A stretch of 64,000 nucleotides of DNA from Azolla caroliniana (taxonomy: Eukaryota; Plantae; Polypodiophyta): positions 10,540,001 to 10,604,000 of the forward strand of contig JBHGNT010000009.1 of assembly GCA_043228905.1 (NCBI GenBank). The letters run 5' to 3'. Below, in pieces: positions 26,467-41,300 of the stretch (the first letter of the stretch is position 1; every line of letters starts with the position of its first letter). A program made the position numbers and the translations under genes. A model generated the notes under the pieces. The model worked only from the letters and a program-made list of their open reading frames with translations. It was not told the origin of the DNA and did no database searches.

Positions 26467-29231
26467 GGGGGATTTACTATCTTTTTAGGGTACATAAGAT
26501 TAGAAAAAACATATGATTTTATTTTTTATTTTTTTGGGTTTTACTTTCTTTTCTGGATTCTTAAAATCAGTAAAAACATGGTTTGGTGATTCTTAGGTCT
26601 ATACCATAAAATGGGTCGGTTGAAAGCCAAATTTTTTACCTATTTTGGTAGGATTTTTGAGCCCGCACGTAGATCATAAAATTTTTAAAATTTTCACTCT
26701 TTAATTCTATTACGACAAGGGGTAATGTTTGAAGCGAGAGTTCTTTACTAAATGCTTGGCTTTCATTGTCGGTTTTCAGTATTTTCAATTACTCTTTACC
26801 ATAGTTGAAAACTTGAATGAAATTTGGCAATAGTATCTCTTTAAAATGATTGAAAACTCAGTCCTTGATTGCTTCATTGTTATTCCAGAATCTAACAAGA
26901 TGGGGTGGAGCACTGCTAGAGCTAGCCCAGTTTCAGCAGGGACAAGCATCTGTGGACATGGTGAAAGGTAGAACTGAATATCTTTCTCAAACATACCTAG
27001 ACCTGAACATGTTTGAACTTGTCTTTCGACTGAGGAGTGATAAACGGTCATGGAAATTTAATTGCATGTTGTTTCTCTTAACAAGATGCTGTGTTGAAGC
27101 TTGAAGAGGCCCGAAGAATCAATCCTCTGAAGCATGAGACTTTGTGGTGTCTGGGGAATGCTCATACAACGCATGGGTTTCTTACAAAAGAAGGAGATGA
27201 AGCTAAGGAACACTTTGAGAAGGCATCCGAGTGCTTCCAAGAAGCCGTAGAAGTGGTAATATTTTCTCTCTTCTTCTTTTTAAATTTCCATATTTTATTA
27301 TGTGTAAAACTTTGTCCATGTAATAAAGTTTCCCTTCTCAATTCTGTAGAGGTAAACTAAGGTAGCAATGTCTTTTTTCTTAATGGAAATACACCTCTTG
27401 AAACTTTGAGCATCGTCTTTAAGAACTAAGGTGTCATAGTGCTGCTAGTGTTTTGTGTTTTTGATCTCATGAACATGTGATGTCATGGACATGTTTCATT
27501 ACCCTAGGTAACCTGTGATATATGTTTTTATGAATGAAAATGGCTTTCTAGAAGGAAGTAGTTGCTCATCAAGAAAAGTAACCTAGTGGCACAATGTTTT
27601 CTTTGAAATCCCTGGTCTCAATAAGTCTTTCCTAACAAAAAGGGATATAGAATATGATGTAAACCATCAATATAGAGTTCTTTTCTATTTTGATGCTAAC
27701 ATCCTTTTGCTTGGCGATGTTATTTTTTCTCATACTCTCTTCTGCATGGTCATATCTTTCTATAATTTACAAGATTCTACAAATTTGAATGTTAATCTAC
27801 TTGCATTACTTTTTCTATTTTATTCACTCCTCTTTTTGTCAGCACATGCCTCTAGGTTCATTGTTCTGGTCTAAATTATGATGGTTTAATTTGATTGATA
27901 AATATTGAGAAAAGTATGTGCTCTTTCCCAGGAACCTACCAACGAGTTATACCACAAGGCAGTGGAAATGGCAATAAAGGTATTTGCACATAGTGGTTCC
28001 AGTTTAGCACTTTGAAAGGTTGAAGTTATGATTTTTTTCCCTGGGTAAAAGTTGTGAACTTTCGTTTTTTGGTCATTGTGGTTTTGACTTCAATATAGGC
28101 TCCAATGTTACACCAAGAACTCCGTGCTCAATTGGTTGCTCAAGAGTCTAGCTTTGATGCATCTTCTGGAGGTCCTGGTGGTGGAGAGCGAACTTCCAAG
28201 GTATGGGAAAGATAACCGTCTAGAAGTTAGAGGAATTTGTTGTTTGCTAAACCATTTTAAAAGCATTTCCTTTTATCTATATTTATATAAACTTATGGTT
28301 AATTTTAAAAAAATGCATGAACGTAATGTGTAAGGTTCTACTTTATAACATCAAGCTCATGGTTTCAAGTCTAAAGAAATGGGTCCAAAGTATTTTTCTT
28401 TGTAAACCCAGCCATGTTTTGACTCCAAGATTATTGCATCAATAAGTTCATTAACCATTTCTGTCAAATTCCTTTGTGACTTTGATATTATTTCATTACT
28501 ACCAAATTTCCTCAAGGAAATGGCTTTACAAACTCATTTCTTCTACAAAACATTCATACATTGGGAGCATTATGCCAATAATTAGCTAACAATTCACTTC
28601 TGTAAGGAAATGTCTTTACAAATCCATTTTCTTCTCTAAAACATCCATATTTTGACATTGAGATCATTACACTAATAGTTTAACCAACACTTTTCCCTAC
28701 TAAGGAAATTGCTTCAGAGATTTACTTTATTCTGCAAAAATGAAAGCATCATAAACCATTTTCTTAGGACAAAGTTTAACGTGTCTACTATTGTAATGCT
28801 GCCAATGTTAAAATATGATTTTTTTACAAAGAAAAACTTTTCCACCTGAGAAAAACGTCTTTCTAAGTTCTTTTTCTAACAAAATGATAGAATTTAAACC
28901 ATTTTCTTATATTTTAGAATGGTTTCAAACTACAAATATGAAATCCTTATTATGATGAAGGCAACGTCAGACTTTGAAAGAACGCGAGGTTATAAAACTA
29001 CAGAAGAAGTTTGGAGGGTCTAAAATAGCAAATTTTATATTTTGTATTTAAGGTTTCGTACTCAAAATAGTATTCTACCCTTTTCCTCAGGGACAAGCTA
29101 AGAAGGGGAAAAACAATGATTTCAAGTATGATTTACTTGGGTGGGTGATACTTGCCATTGGTGTGGTTGCATGGATAGGATTCTCAAAGGCACCTCCACC
29201 AGCTGCATCAGATTTGAACCTTGAACAATGA
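26099..29231 (+). CDS. TOM20: Mitochondrial import receptor subunit TOM20 (plant type), about 215 aa; exons 26099-26206, 26889-26967, 27086-27255, 27932-27979, 28099-28200, 29091-29231
   Basis: Spliced product MMMEALSPEDYEKLVFFE...NLTRWGGALLELAQFQ...KLEEARRINPLKHETLWCLGNAHT...EPTNELY...DFKYDLLGWVILAIGVVAWIGF. All introns are GT-AG with consistent phases. C-terminal TM anchor. Confidence 0.95.
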
Positions 29232-30639
29232 TGCTGGTCTATAGGAAAAACACTATTTACGCTAATAAAAAAATGAGGTGCCTAGGCCTGGCATTTTCAG
29301 CGTTATTTTTTCAAATTTTGGTGAGTTTTCCGAATTTTGGTAACTTTTCTCAGCATGGGATATCAATAAGTAAATTGATATTTTCACCGAGTTTATGAGG
29401 CTCTCCTCTCCTCTGCCTTCATAGGTAAAAGCATAGACTAAACACGTCTTTCTTATACTGTCATTGGTCACTGTTGATGGTGATCTGGGCATTATGATGC
29501 ATTGATGATCATATGATGAGAAATTGTGATCTTCAAGTTTGGCTTGGTAATCATCAAGAGCTTTATAAATGTTCCTTGAGAATTGTATATCTTCCTAAAC
29601 AAGAAACTTACTTTGTCGGTAATATGATGAGGTATAGAGGACTTGATTCATGCTTGAACACTTTTAACAATCATACTTACTATGTTTCTATGGACTCTAT
29701 CATTTGGTCAAGTATGTTGAAAAACAAATTTGAAACAAAAGTTTTGCTTCTCAAAGAGATTTGTGGTACAAAATAAACTATTTGATCAAATGCTCTCACT
29801 GATTCTTATGGTGAGTGATTTTGGTGTTTTCACTGAATATATGTATATAATGCGTGAGGAATTCATGTAATGAATGCTGCCTAAAGCACACGTGTAAATA
29901 CTCTCATCAGTTTTTTAAAACAATTGATGGTGAGAAAATATAAGACTTGGACTGTTATGGCAAGAAAATATCCAAAGACAATATTTGGTTACAAAATGAA
30001 CAAATAAGTGTTAAAGATAGGGTTATTTTGTCACGAGCTATTTTTTGCGTGTAGGTGTTGTCACATTAGTGGCTAAATTATGGGCATTGTCCATAACTAC
30101 ATTCTTGAGAATAGACTCCCTATCTCTTTTCATTGCTATAAATTCCCATTTAGAGTTGTCTTTGACCTTCATAGCCTCTGTGAAGCAAGATTATCTTGAA
30201 TCTATTGATATCTATAATATTGTTACGGTCTCTTGAGATTAAACATATAAGAGGAGATTGAATATGATCCATGCATGCATGGCCAATCCATCCATGGTGA
30301 GGGGATCAAACATGTCTGCATATTCAAAGCATTAACTGATAAAACTATTTCAAGAATAAATAAAAATAATTAGCTAGTTAAAAGTATTAGTATCTACATA
30401 TAAATGTAACAATCACATTTGAAGATGTATTAAAAGGTTTTTGTTAGAGTACATTTGAGCATAGTTTATACTTTAGTTCCAATACCCATGAAGTACTTTC
30501 TTACCTCTTGTCTTCATCCCCTTCAAACTTAAAATCACTATTTAGTATCACAACCAATTTCAGTTAAAATAAAAATAAAAATAGAACATTATCCTCTTCA
30601 ACCATATATCTCTAAACCTCTATCCATAATCCTTGCATA

Positions 30640-33600
30640 AATAGGGTTATCCACAATTAATATGGGTCCCTCTAGTAAGATATGCCTTAGATAAGTTAGC
30701 AATGAAGAAATTTAAAAACTGGAAGTCAAAGATAGAATTGGCGTTTGATATTGAAGGGATTCTCGAAGTTATGGATGGCAATTGGGAAGAACCAATAGAA
30801 AAAAAATAAAAAGAATGGAAAACATGGAAGTGTTGAGTTAAAATGACACATTTAGAAACCCTACTATATGTATATATGACAAGCAACAAGATAATATTCG
30901 GAGACTGACCACAACTATTGCAATGTGGGCAAAGTTCAAGCTCAAGGTGCTATACGAGTCACATGATGGTACAATGAAGTTGCATATCTTAGGTGCATTA
31001 TTTAATGTGTGTTGTAGGAAGAGGAAGCTTTCCCTACCTTCTTAGCTACGTAAGAGGAAGCAATGGATGATATTGTTATCATTGGCAACCTCACTTAGTG
31101 GAAATAAACAAGCTTCCCGAATTATGGGAAACATTCACTACTATTAACAAAAACATTAAATCACTTTTAGAGTTACTTACCAAAATTCATAATGAGGACA
31201 ATTGACAAAGAAAACGATAAATCAATCAATGACTATGGTTGCTTCAATCAATATACATCAACAATATCAACCAACAAATTGACAATGATATAAATCTTGG
31301 AAGGCAAAGCCCCTGAATCAAACAAATCAAGTAACATGAATGATGGACATAGAAGTTATACACATGGCACTCAACAAATCAAAGTTTCAAGGTGACATGC
31401 AAGTATTGTAAGAGGGAAGGACATACTAATGGAACGTGTCGATTCAAGAAATCTGACCTAAATAAAGTAAGTCGACCACAAGCACACAATGTGAAAATCA
31501 AAGAAGTTAGTGAGGATAAATCTCAATGTTCCTCAGATAATGGAGAAGATAAGAATGAAGAAGTATACATCCAAGCCTATCCTTTCAATATTGTGGTTTC
31601 TCAATACGAGGAAAGAAATGAGATCATGATATCTGGTTTCTCAATATGAGTGCTACACACGACCTTACATGTCGAAAGGATTGGTTGGAGTATAAAGAAT
31701 TGTCAACCCCATTGAGGTTTGTGCTTGGGAACAATGGATAGAAATTGGCTATGGGAAAAGTAACATTTCTTTGCTAGTGGAAAATGATTGTCACATAAAA
31801 TTTATTGATGTATCTTATGTCCCTAGAGTGGCAAAGCACTTGTTAGTTAGACAAGCTATAATAAATGGGCTGACTATTGAATTTATTGAGAATGTTCTAT
31901 GATACATTTGCATAAAGACAAGAGTAAAGGAACAATATGTCCCAAGCAAGGTGCCCTATATCTTATGTTAGCAAGACAAATAGAAATGTTATCAACTAAG
32001 GTATGCCATAATCATAATCAAGGTAATGTTTTTCCACATACCTTTGGCATTGCAAGTTTGAACACATACATATTCAAGCATTGTAAGACTATTAAGCAAT
32101 ATAAATATGTAAGAGGCTTACCAATTATAAGTTTCAAAACCATGAAGATATATAGAGGTCTCTATGGAAAAATGTCACATAAATCATTCTCCCCAAGCTA
32201 TACAAACACTAGTGAGCCATTGCAACTAATACATTTTGTTCTATGTGGTCCACTTTCTATCCGCCCATGTTTGGTGCAAAATACTTCATCACATTCATAG
32301 ACGACACTACAAGATTCACAATAGTCAGTTTCTTGAAGCATAAAGGACAAACATTTTCAACATTTAGTGCATTTAAAAGACCTTTTAAGAAAACCAAACA
32401 AATCATACAATCAAAGTCATTCATAACTTGACAATGGAGGAGAGTATACCGACCACATACCGACAAAAGCATGTTTGAAGAAGTCAACTCAATAGGACCT
32501 TGAGGAGAAAGAGCAATTGAGAAATAAATCTCACAAAGACCCGGAATCCACAATCAAGATACACAACAAAGTCTATCAAGAAAACCAAGAAAACTTAGCA
32601 CCATCAAACTATATGACAAATAAGATCAAGGCAAAGTGTATGGAGAGCGTGGATATCATTAGCAAAACCAACGCATACAATAGAGCACGTGGAGTTCTCC
32701 TTCATGGAGACTTTGCAACCAAGCCCATCATGGAGACTCAACAACCAAGTCGAATGCAACTTCAAATCTTAGGATCGTCACTAATATGGTTGTTGGGATG
32801 AGCTTGGAGGATGCCTCCTCTATATTAGGATTATGTCTCTTCGTCTACTACTTGTAATATTAGCATACCCCAAATTTGAAGTGTGCCATGTAGATATTGA
32901 CGCAACATTTCTTCATGGAGATTTAGAAGACATTATATACATGGAACAACCCAAAAGATGGAAGATGTCAAGTATCCTAACTATATATGCAAGTTACACA
33001 AGCCATTGTATGGCTTAAAACCATCTCCTAGAGAATGGTATTCCAAGCATATTATGTGAGGAAGACAAAAACAAAATTCATCATCTTAGGAGTGTATGTG
33101 GATGACTTGCCCATAGCGGTAACTTCTGAAAAAGAGATACTAGAGGTGATCAAGGAGCTATAACATCACTTCCCAATCAAACATATTGGACCTTTGGAGC
33201 ATTTTCTTTGAATACATGCACAAGAGGAATTAAAGCTTAGGGACACTATCACTATCCCAAGCAAAGTATATAGCTAACATATTGGATAAATTCAACAAGC
33301 CAAAATGTTCTTCAATATCCATACCATTTACAATACTATGCAAATTATCATCTTGGGAGTCTCCTCAGAATGATGAAGAAGCGTGTGTTATGAAAAATAT
33401 TCCCTATTGCCAAGTATTAGGGAGCCTTTAGTACCTAGACTTGTCATTCTCTCAAGATTCATGGAAAGACCAAGCATTAATAATTGGGATGAGCTCAAAC
33501 GAGCATTACGATACTAAAAGTACACATAGAATGTGATAGCCATTTATAAGGCATACTTTGGGCCAAAGAACTCCAAAATAGAAGCATGACTATGAATCAC

Positions 33601-33850
33601 ATACTCGTTGTTGAAGGAATCGATCCATAATTCGAGGTCAGGATATTTCACAATTTTTCAAATTCAAACTATGATGTGACAATCAATCATGTGTGAAGAT
33701 CACGGAGAACCCAAAAACTACTGATCAAAATAAGTATATTCATGCTCTGTATCACTTCATGATAGAACTCGTCAAAAATCGTGACATCGACTATACCCCT
33801 ACTCAAGATATGTGCGCTGACTTGTTTCTAAGTATTAAACATCATTGACG
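30640..33850 (+). mobile_element. Old, heavily decayed Ty1/Copia internal region
   Basis: FKNWKSKIE (gag), CKYCKREGHTNGTC, PLQLIHFVLCGP, YFITFIDDTTRF and HVDIDATFLHGDLEDIIYMEQP, with many stops and deletions. LTRs are not recognisable. Confidence 0.85.
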
Positions 33851-34469
33851 AACATTTGAAAGGTTCAGTTTGATGATGCTTGTGAATCATAATTAGATAA
33901 GTGATTGCTTACTCTATATTTAAGTAAAGATGGTGCATTCACATTGGTTATCTATCACTCACTCCTTGGATATGTGCCAAAATAAATCCCTTTGGGAATA
34001 TTTTGGAGAATTTCCACTACTTGAGAAATAAATAAATAAATAAAGTATCACCATAGGCTCCAAGTATGTATTCCAATGACAAATGATTAAAAAAGTTTTG
34101 ATTGAAAGTAGATCGTAGTTTCCATGTAATATATATTTAATTATGTAAAAATTAATTAATGAGCTTGATCTACAAATTTGTGGTTGTTCATTTTCTTAGC
34201 TGCTAGGAAATATTTTCCAATAACTTTTTTTGAGATTGTGTATGGAAAAGGAAAGCCGTGACAGTCATTCATACTGATACCATCCCATCCCATCCCACAA
34301 AGTAAGTAAGTACATAACTCTAACTCTAACTCTAACTAACAGAATTGGGATAGAAATGATGGGACTATTATATTATTTTTATTCAAACACTGCCCATCTA
34401 TGTACATATGTACAGTATATGTACATAATAATAAAAAGCATAACAGAACATGGGCAATGCATGCAGAAT

Positions 34470-34482
34470 ACACATACATACA

Positions 34483-34513
<31 letters not shown>

Positions 34514-35085
34514 GTGTGTGTGTGTGTGTATATAGAATATATGTACAGAAGATGAGCAGAGCAGATGGGATACAAAGAAGCACGCGATCTTACTTACTAC
34601 ATACATACATACTCCCTTTTCTTTCTACATAAATGCGAACGAACGAACGTACGTGTGGGCAGATTTTGAAGGTGGAAAGCAAAAGGAATGAAAACAAGAA
34701 AAATCGACAATGGCATGGCATGCGGGGGAAGAAGAAGAGAAAGAAAGGCGTCATCAGAATCAAAACGAGAAGATTTCTTCACTTCAATCCTATCCTCCAT
34801 TTATTTCAACCCCACCCTGACCCTAACCCTAACCCTAACCCTAACCCTAACCCTAACCCTAACAAACAAGAAGAAGAAGAAGAAGAAACGGACGGAAGAA
34901 AGAGAGGATCCCGCAAATGTTTCTTTCATTCATTCATTCATACGCAGAGAGAAGTGTATACAACATAAACATAACATAACATACACACAACCAACCAACC
35001 AACCAACTTAACATATCCAGATCCATCCAACCATATAACATCATGTACGTACGCAAACATATATATATATATATATATATATCAC
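34470..35085. repeat. Microsatellite cluster: (TACA)n, (TG)n, (CCCTAA)7 at 34821-34862, (GAA)n, (CAAC)n, (AT)n
   Basis: Direct read. Confidence 0.9.
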
Positions 35086-35683
35086 ATCAACATGTACATA
35101 TCAGTATGTATATAAATAATGTATTATACATAATTAAGTAAGTATGTAATGCATGTACGTATTTGCTACCTCTTCTTACTCCTCCTCCTCATTCCCAAGT
35201 TGAATCCATCGTTCCTTCGTTCACGGGGTGGGGTGCGGTGTACCCCACCTTTCATATGTTTTTCCCACATAATCATCCTTCCTTTTCTTTCCTCCATCAA
35301 GATTATTTACATTTCAGATGTGCCACAATGACGTAGAAGATAGATCTCTTCTTCTTCTCATGTGTTTATATTATTGATTAACACATTCGACATGTCAATT
35401 CACATTAGTAGTGTTTAGTGCATGATGGATGATAGTTGCTTGACATGTTAAATGCTGGTATTAACATATTTTGTATTGTTATTTGCTCTTTCTATGTGAT
35501 GATGATAGTTTAGATAGTGTATGTTGATATTCATGTAGACGTAGTAAAATCATTAAGCTCGAGATAGTGTATTTTACATACTTCTTGTTGACCTTGTTTA
35601 TGATATCAATGGTGAAAATTTGAGTTTCAGTGTGCCAGATACATCATTACGTCTTCTGAAACGAATAATTTTTGAGAGGAAGG

Positions 35684-37143
35684 ATGGAACTCATTCTTAC
35701 TATCACTGGTATCCTAGGTACTAAACTTCAACTATCAAACCTTTGGTGTACAAGCTTGAGGTTTGCTTAGCATGCCATATCTTAGTAATGAATATGCTTT
35801 TGTCTTTGTAGGTAACATCACTGCAGTGTTATTATTTCTCTCACCATTGTAAGCATCTTTTTCAAGTTCCTTATGTTTGCACCATTTGAATGTCGCAACA
35901 TCCAACATAATTAGAGCTCAAATGTTGACAAACATGTTTTAATAGCACACCTTGGAAATTCAGGAATCTAAGGTGTTTTTTTTGCCATGTGTAGACCCAC
36001 ATTTTGGGAGATAATAAAGAAAAAGTCTTCGGGATCATACTCGGGAGTCCCATATGCTTGCACATTGGGAAATTGTTTACTTTGGGTGTTTTATGGACTT
36101 CCTATTATCACTCCAAATAACATCTTGGTGATCACAATTAATGGTTTTGGGGTTGGATTGGAGTCACTCTATTTACTCATCTTCGTTCTATGTTCCAAAG
36201 GAAAGGTAAGAGTAAGTATTCATCTTATTATGAATGCGAATGTGACAATGCCTCCCTTTCTCTTATTGCTTACCCCTAATACGATCGACATATGATAGAA
36301 CCCACCCATACTTGAAAACCTTTTCGAGAACTAAATCTAGTGTAGCACCAATTAACACACAAGAAGACCTTCTAACACGTTGTATTGATGCTTATAGGCC
36401 AAAATCCTTTCCTTGGTTAGTGTTATCTTGTTGTTCTATGGTGTCATGATTGCACTTACATTGACCGTGGTTCCAATTGAGAGAAGAGCCTTTTTTGTGG
36501 GGATCATTGCTGTGGTATTGAATACAGCTATGTATGCAGCACCACTCTCTGTCATGGTAAGAATATATATATTTTTAAAGAAATTAGGTTTTTGTCACGT
36601 GATATATCATTTGTTCCTCTAAGTGAAATTATTAATTAAACATTTTAGAACCCATGTATACAATTTGACACTTCTATGTACCCATGACTTGTGTAATGAT
36701 ATGAGTTTATCATGCATCATTTGTTTCACACCTATCTTTTATCTAACTGATCTTTCATGGATTCTTATTTGATAGAAATTGGTGATTCAAACTAAGAGCG
36801 TGGAATCAATGCCATTCCTCTTGTCACTTTGTACCCTCATCAACTCATGCCTTTGGGGACTTTATGGCCTTATTAAGAGGGACCCATTCATCATTGTAAG
36901 CAAATACATGTTTTCCTACACAAACATTTGCACTTGCTCTTTAAGTAACTAGATTCTCCATTTGTGATGTTCATATAGATTCCAAATGCATTGGGAGTGA
37001 CTTTCGGCATCATGCAAATGGTTCTCTATGGAATTTATTACAAACATGACAAACCAACGTTAAGTTCTAGAAACATCATTGGTCCTTCAAACCCTGGTGA
37101 CCTAAGTGAGAAGCGAAGGGAAGCTACTATGGATAATGTATGA
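35684..37143 (+). CDS. SWEET: Bidirectional sugar transporter SWEET (MtN3/saliva), about 243 aa; exons 35684-35717, 35812-35848, 35995-36211, 36398-36556, 36776-36895, 36979-37143
   Basis: Spliced product MELILTITGILGNITAVLLFLSPLPTFWEIIKKKSSGSYSGVPY...TINGFG...MYAAPLSVMKLVIQTKSVESMPFLLS...IPNALG...QMVLYGIY. Canonical 6-exon SWEET structure with GT-AG introns. Confidence 0.95.
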
Positions 37144-38326
37144 TAACATAACAAGTCATGTTGGAGGAACCATTTGTGCATACTTTTGGCATTCAAAGAA
37201 CTCTAAAAGTTAAGGAAGCTTTATTTTTATGATGTTTGCCCGAACATGTAATTTGGATGTCTCATTGGAAAAGTAAATACTGACGCAAGCATACAAATTT
37301 AATAGATATTTCGTTGGTTTAATCATATTTCTGTGCCTAGTGTGACATTGGTGATGATTTTTTTCTTAGTATGTATACTTATTGCAATTTATTTTAAAGC
37401 TTTCAATAAAGTAAAAGAAACTCGATGACACATAATGGACCGTTTGTGGTCAAGAGGGATTCAATAATACTTGAACGAAAAATATCCTTGAAGAATGATT
37501 GGATTTATTTGTTTGTGACTCATAGTAAAATTGATGTATTATAGTTTATAAATCATAAACTTACCGTATTTGATAGCAAAAGTTTAAATTTAGAAAATAT
37601 CATCAAGATTCATAAAACCAAAAAAAATCAACTTCAATATAACATGATTGACTAGTTCTAATAATAAACATCAAGTAGTATGACATGGTAATGAGAGTTT
37701 GATCACATGTAATCGTCCACATCTTCGTGCATTATCCTAAAAGACATATGCCATCACTTTGCTTGTTCTTTTTGCAAGATCAAAAGCCTTTCCTCATCAT
37801 ATTCTTCATCAATAATTTTCAAAGTAATCTCCCTAGGATAGAAACCTCTTTCTTTGATCATTTTCGAAGTTGAATGTTAATGTGCAAGTCAACCAATTTC
37901 TTTCCACATGCGTAGGCATATGTATCAAAGAAAATGCACTTCAACTTCGTTCCCAAGAAGATGCATGAGTACCCTATAAATCCACAAATAGAGATCGATA
38001 AACCTGAAATATGGCAATTGGTAAGTAGTATCACAATTTCGTATGTTTGAAAGGCTAGATGTTTGAAGGTATTCCAAAATGTGATTGAAATACTTGCCTA
38101 CATAATTTTTGGATTGTGCATAATCTCAGAGGTTCTTTGGATAACATTTAAAAGGTAAATACGCAATCGACAGAGCTAAAATGATTGGAGTTGCATGCCA
38201 TATGGGACAAAGGAATTTTTTATATATAGATTTCTGATAAGGTGGAGTGGTTCTACTCTACAATGAAATATTTATTTAACCCGACAATTAGAACGGGACT
38301 TGGAAAACCTCCAAAAGCTAGAAAGT

Positions 38327-41300
38327 GGGTTAGCCGTATTTTGCAAGAGATCCAATGCAACACCGGGACATTTGAAACAGGTAATATGTCGCATTTTGAG
38401 AACTGTCCATCAAAAAATGACACAAATTAGGGTGATTCACAAAAAGGGGTGCCGCATGTGTAAAGGAATTTTAAAAATGACCCAAAAATATATTGATTTT
38501 TAACATGTACGGAAATTTAGGTGTTCAAAAAAATGCCTAAATAATGGACATGCCAAACTTACAAATGAATGTCCAAAATGACTAAGCCCAATATTTATAG
38601 AAATTCTGAATCCAAATCTTGATGTGCAATACAATATTTATAGTTAACGTATCAGGACAATCATTTTTCAAGTTTATGTCATCATCTTCATACCCATTAG
38701 ATGAACTAGTATGAGTTTATGAGGTCTCATCCTCATCATCAATGGCAACTAATGCATTGTGTTGATCCAATTGCAATCCAACCTCATCGAGTTTATGAGT
38801 CATGCTTCTTGTTTGTCTTTGTGTTGTGTCTGAAGCCACATTCCAGATCCTCTTTTAGTATCTTCATTGTGTTCTGTCACAAATAACTTGTTTTGGTCAA
38901 AGATAAGTCATACACTAATATATAAACATTATCCAATGTAAGAGTAGATGTGCTTGATGCATCTTTCCTCCGTACTTTTTGGTTATGATATTTCATTATG
39001 TACTTTCCATTTACAAGATTAGATTATGTGAGAGAAGCTTTCTACCAAAATCATTAGAATCTAAAAAATGTCTTAAAGATGTTTTCAATTTTTCTTAGAT
39101 TCTCATAGTAAGCCTTTGATGTCGTACAGAAATCCGATTCATTCCATCTAGATTTGACGCAACATGTCGAATTTTACTCTATACATCTAGAATTGGATAT
39201 AATGCATTAGATTCTTGTAAGTCTTGGAATTTTTTTAAAAATTTCCATTAAAAAAATACTCTTGCATTTTAATGCATTGCATTGAATTCTAGCTACATAG
39301 ACTAAAATATGATACATTGCATGGATTTCCCGAAAATACATAAATAAATACAAATTGAAAAAATAAAACATTTTCCCATAAATAAATAAATAAACATTTT
39401 TTATTTTACTCGTAAATAAATAAATAAAAATTGAAAAATTAGATTTCAATGGAAATCCAATTCCGTGCATCGGATTCAATTGAAAATCCAATTTCTCTTA
39501 CTTTTTTGAAAATTTTCTTATTTTTTGAATTGTTTTTGAATTTGTTTTTATTTTTCCCATAAAAAAATAAATAAAAATTGAAAAAATGGATTTTCAACGG
39601 AAATCCGATGCACTGCATCGGATTTTGGTTGAAAGTCCACTTTTACGTATTTTTTTCCAAATTTGCTTTTTTTTTTTGAATTTTTTTGAATTTTTTCTAT
39701 AAAAAATAAATAAATATTGAAAAAATAGATTTTCAATGGAAATCCGATGCACTACATCGGATTTCTGTAGAAAATCCACTTTTTCTTATTTTTTTCCAAA
39801 TTTTCATAGTTTTTAGAATTTTTTTGGTATTTTGTTTGTCTATTTTCTCATAAATAACTATATAGAAATTGAAAAAATGAATTTTCAAAGGTTGCATCGG
39901 ATTTCTATTGAAAGTCCACTTTTTGCTATTTGTTACCAAATTTTCATATTTTAAAATATTTTTTTGTATTTTTAAATTTTTTTTTCATTTTTTCCCATAA
40001 ATAAATAAATAAAAATTACAAAAAATGGGTTTTCAACAGACTATTGAAAATCCATTTTGTCTTATTTGTTTCCAATTTTTGAGATATTTTGAATTTGTTT
40101 TTGTATGTGTTTTGAATTGTTTTTGTTTTTATCATAAATAAATATATAGGAATTGAAAAAAATGGATTTTCAACGGAAATCCGATGCACTGCATCGGATT
40201 TCCATTGAAAGTCCACCTTTTCTTGTTTGTTTACACATTTTTCTGATTTGTTTATATTTTTCTCTAAAAAAGTGTTAAAAATAAACAAATTGTGATTTTC
40301 TCCATTTAAAATTATTTGTTTTCAACGGGAATCCGATGCAGTGCATCGGATTCCCGTTGAAAACAGATCATTTTCAACAGGATTTTCAATGGAAATCCGA
40401 TGCAGTGCATCGGATTTCCATTCAAAATCACTGAGTTTCAACAGAAATCCGATGCACTGCATCGGATTTCCGTTGAAAGTCCAATATTTTTCTTATGTTT
40501 TTTCATAAAACATTAATTTGCAATTGAAATCCGACTCAACGGTTCAGATTTTGTTGAAAATGTAATATTTTTTTATTATCTCATTGTTTTATGAAAAACC
40601 TAAAAGAAATTTGGATTTTTAATTGAAATTCGATGTAGTGCATTAGATTTCAGTTGGAAATCCACTTTTTTAATATATTTTTATTTATTTTTTGAAAAAA
40701 TGAAAAAAAATTGAAAAGAAAGAGGATTGCCAGCTAAAATCTGATGCAATGCATCAATGTCTAGCTGTATAGACTACAATCTGATGTAGTGTATCGGATT
40801 TCAGTTGAAATAAATAAATAACATTGGAAAAAGAAAAAAGAAAAATGGATTTTCGACTCTAATCCAACGCATTGCATTAGATTCTAGCTATATATACTAA
40901 AATATAATGTAGTGCATAGTATTTTAGCTGAAAATCCATTTTTTATTTTTTAATGGAAAAAATTGTAAAAATTACAAAAAAAAAACAAACTTGGATTTTT
41001 AACTGAAATCTAGTGCATCGCATTGGATTCCAATTAAAAATCCAAGATTTTTTATTTTTTCAAATTTTATTGTTTCAAATTTTCAATGGGTTTTAGATTA
41101 GTTTTCTGACACAGGTATATAATATAAAACTTACATCAATTTAAATTAACGTTATATTTTATTCTTGAGTTTGATGTTACCTGTGCAATTTCATTCTACT
41201 GTCATGTACTACTAAAACATACGCCTTAAAGATTATCAGGAACTCTGTTGCATTAGAGAAGGACCTTGAGCAAGTTAATGTCATCAAAATGAGGATCCAA

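Noticed and set aside
26425-26470. Poly-T/poly-G run in TOM20 intron 1 and the ORFs across it
   Set aside because: Homopolymer tract inside a GT-AG intron; the length may also be a sequencing artefact.
39170-41050. CRISPR-like array of palindromic repeats
   Set aside because: Spacers are irregular in length, low-complexity and related to each other, there are no cas genes, and the context is a eukaryotic TE.
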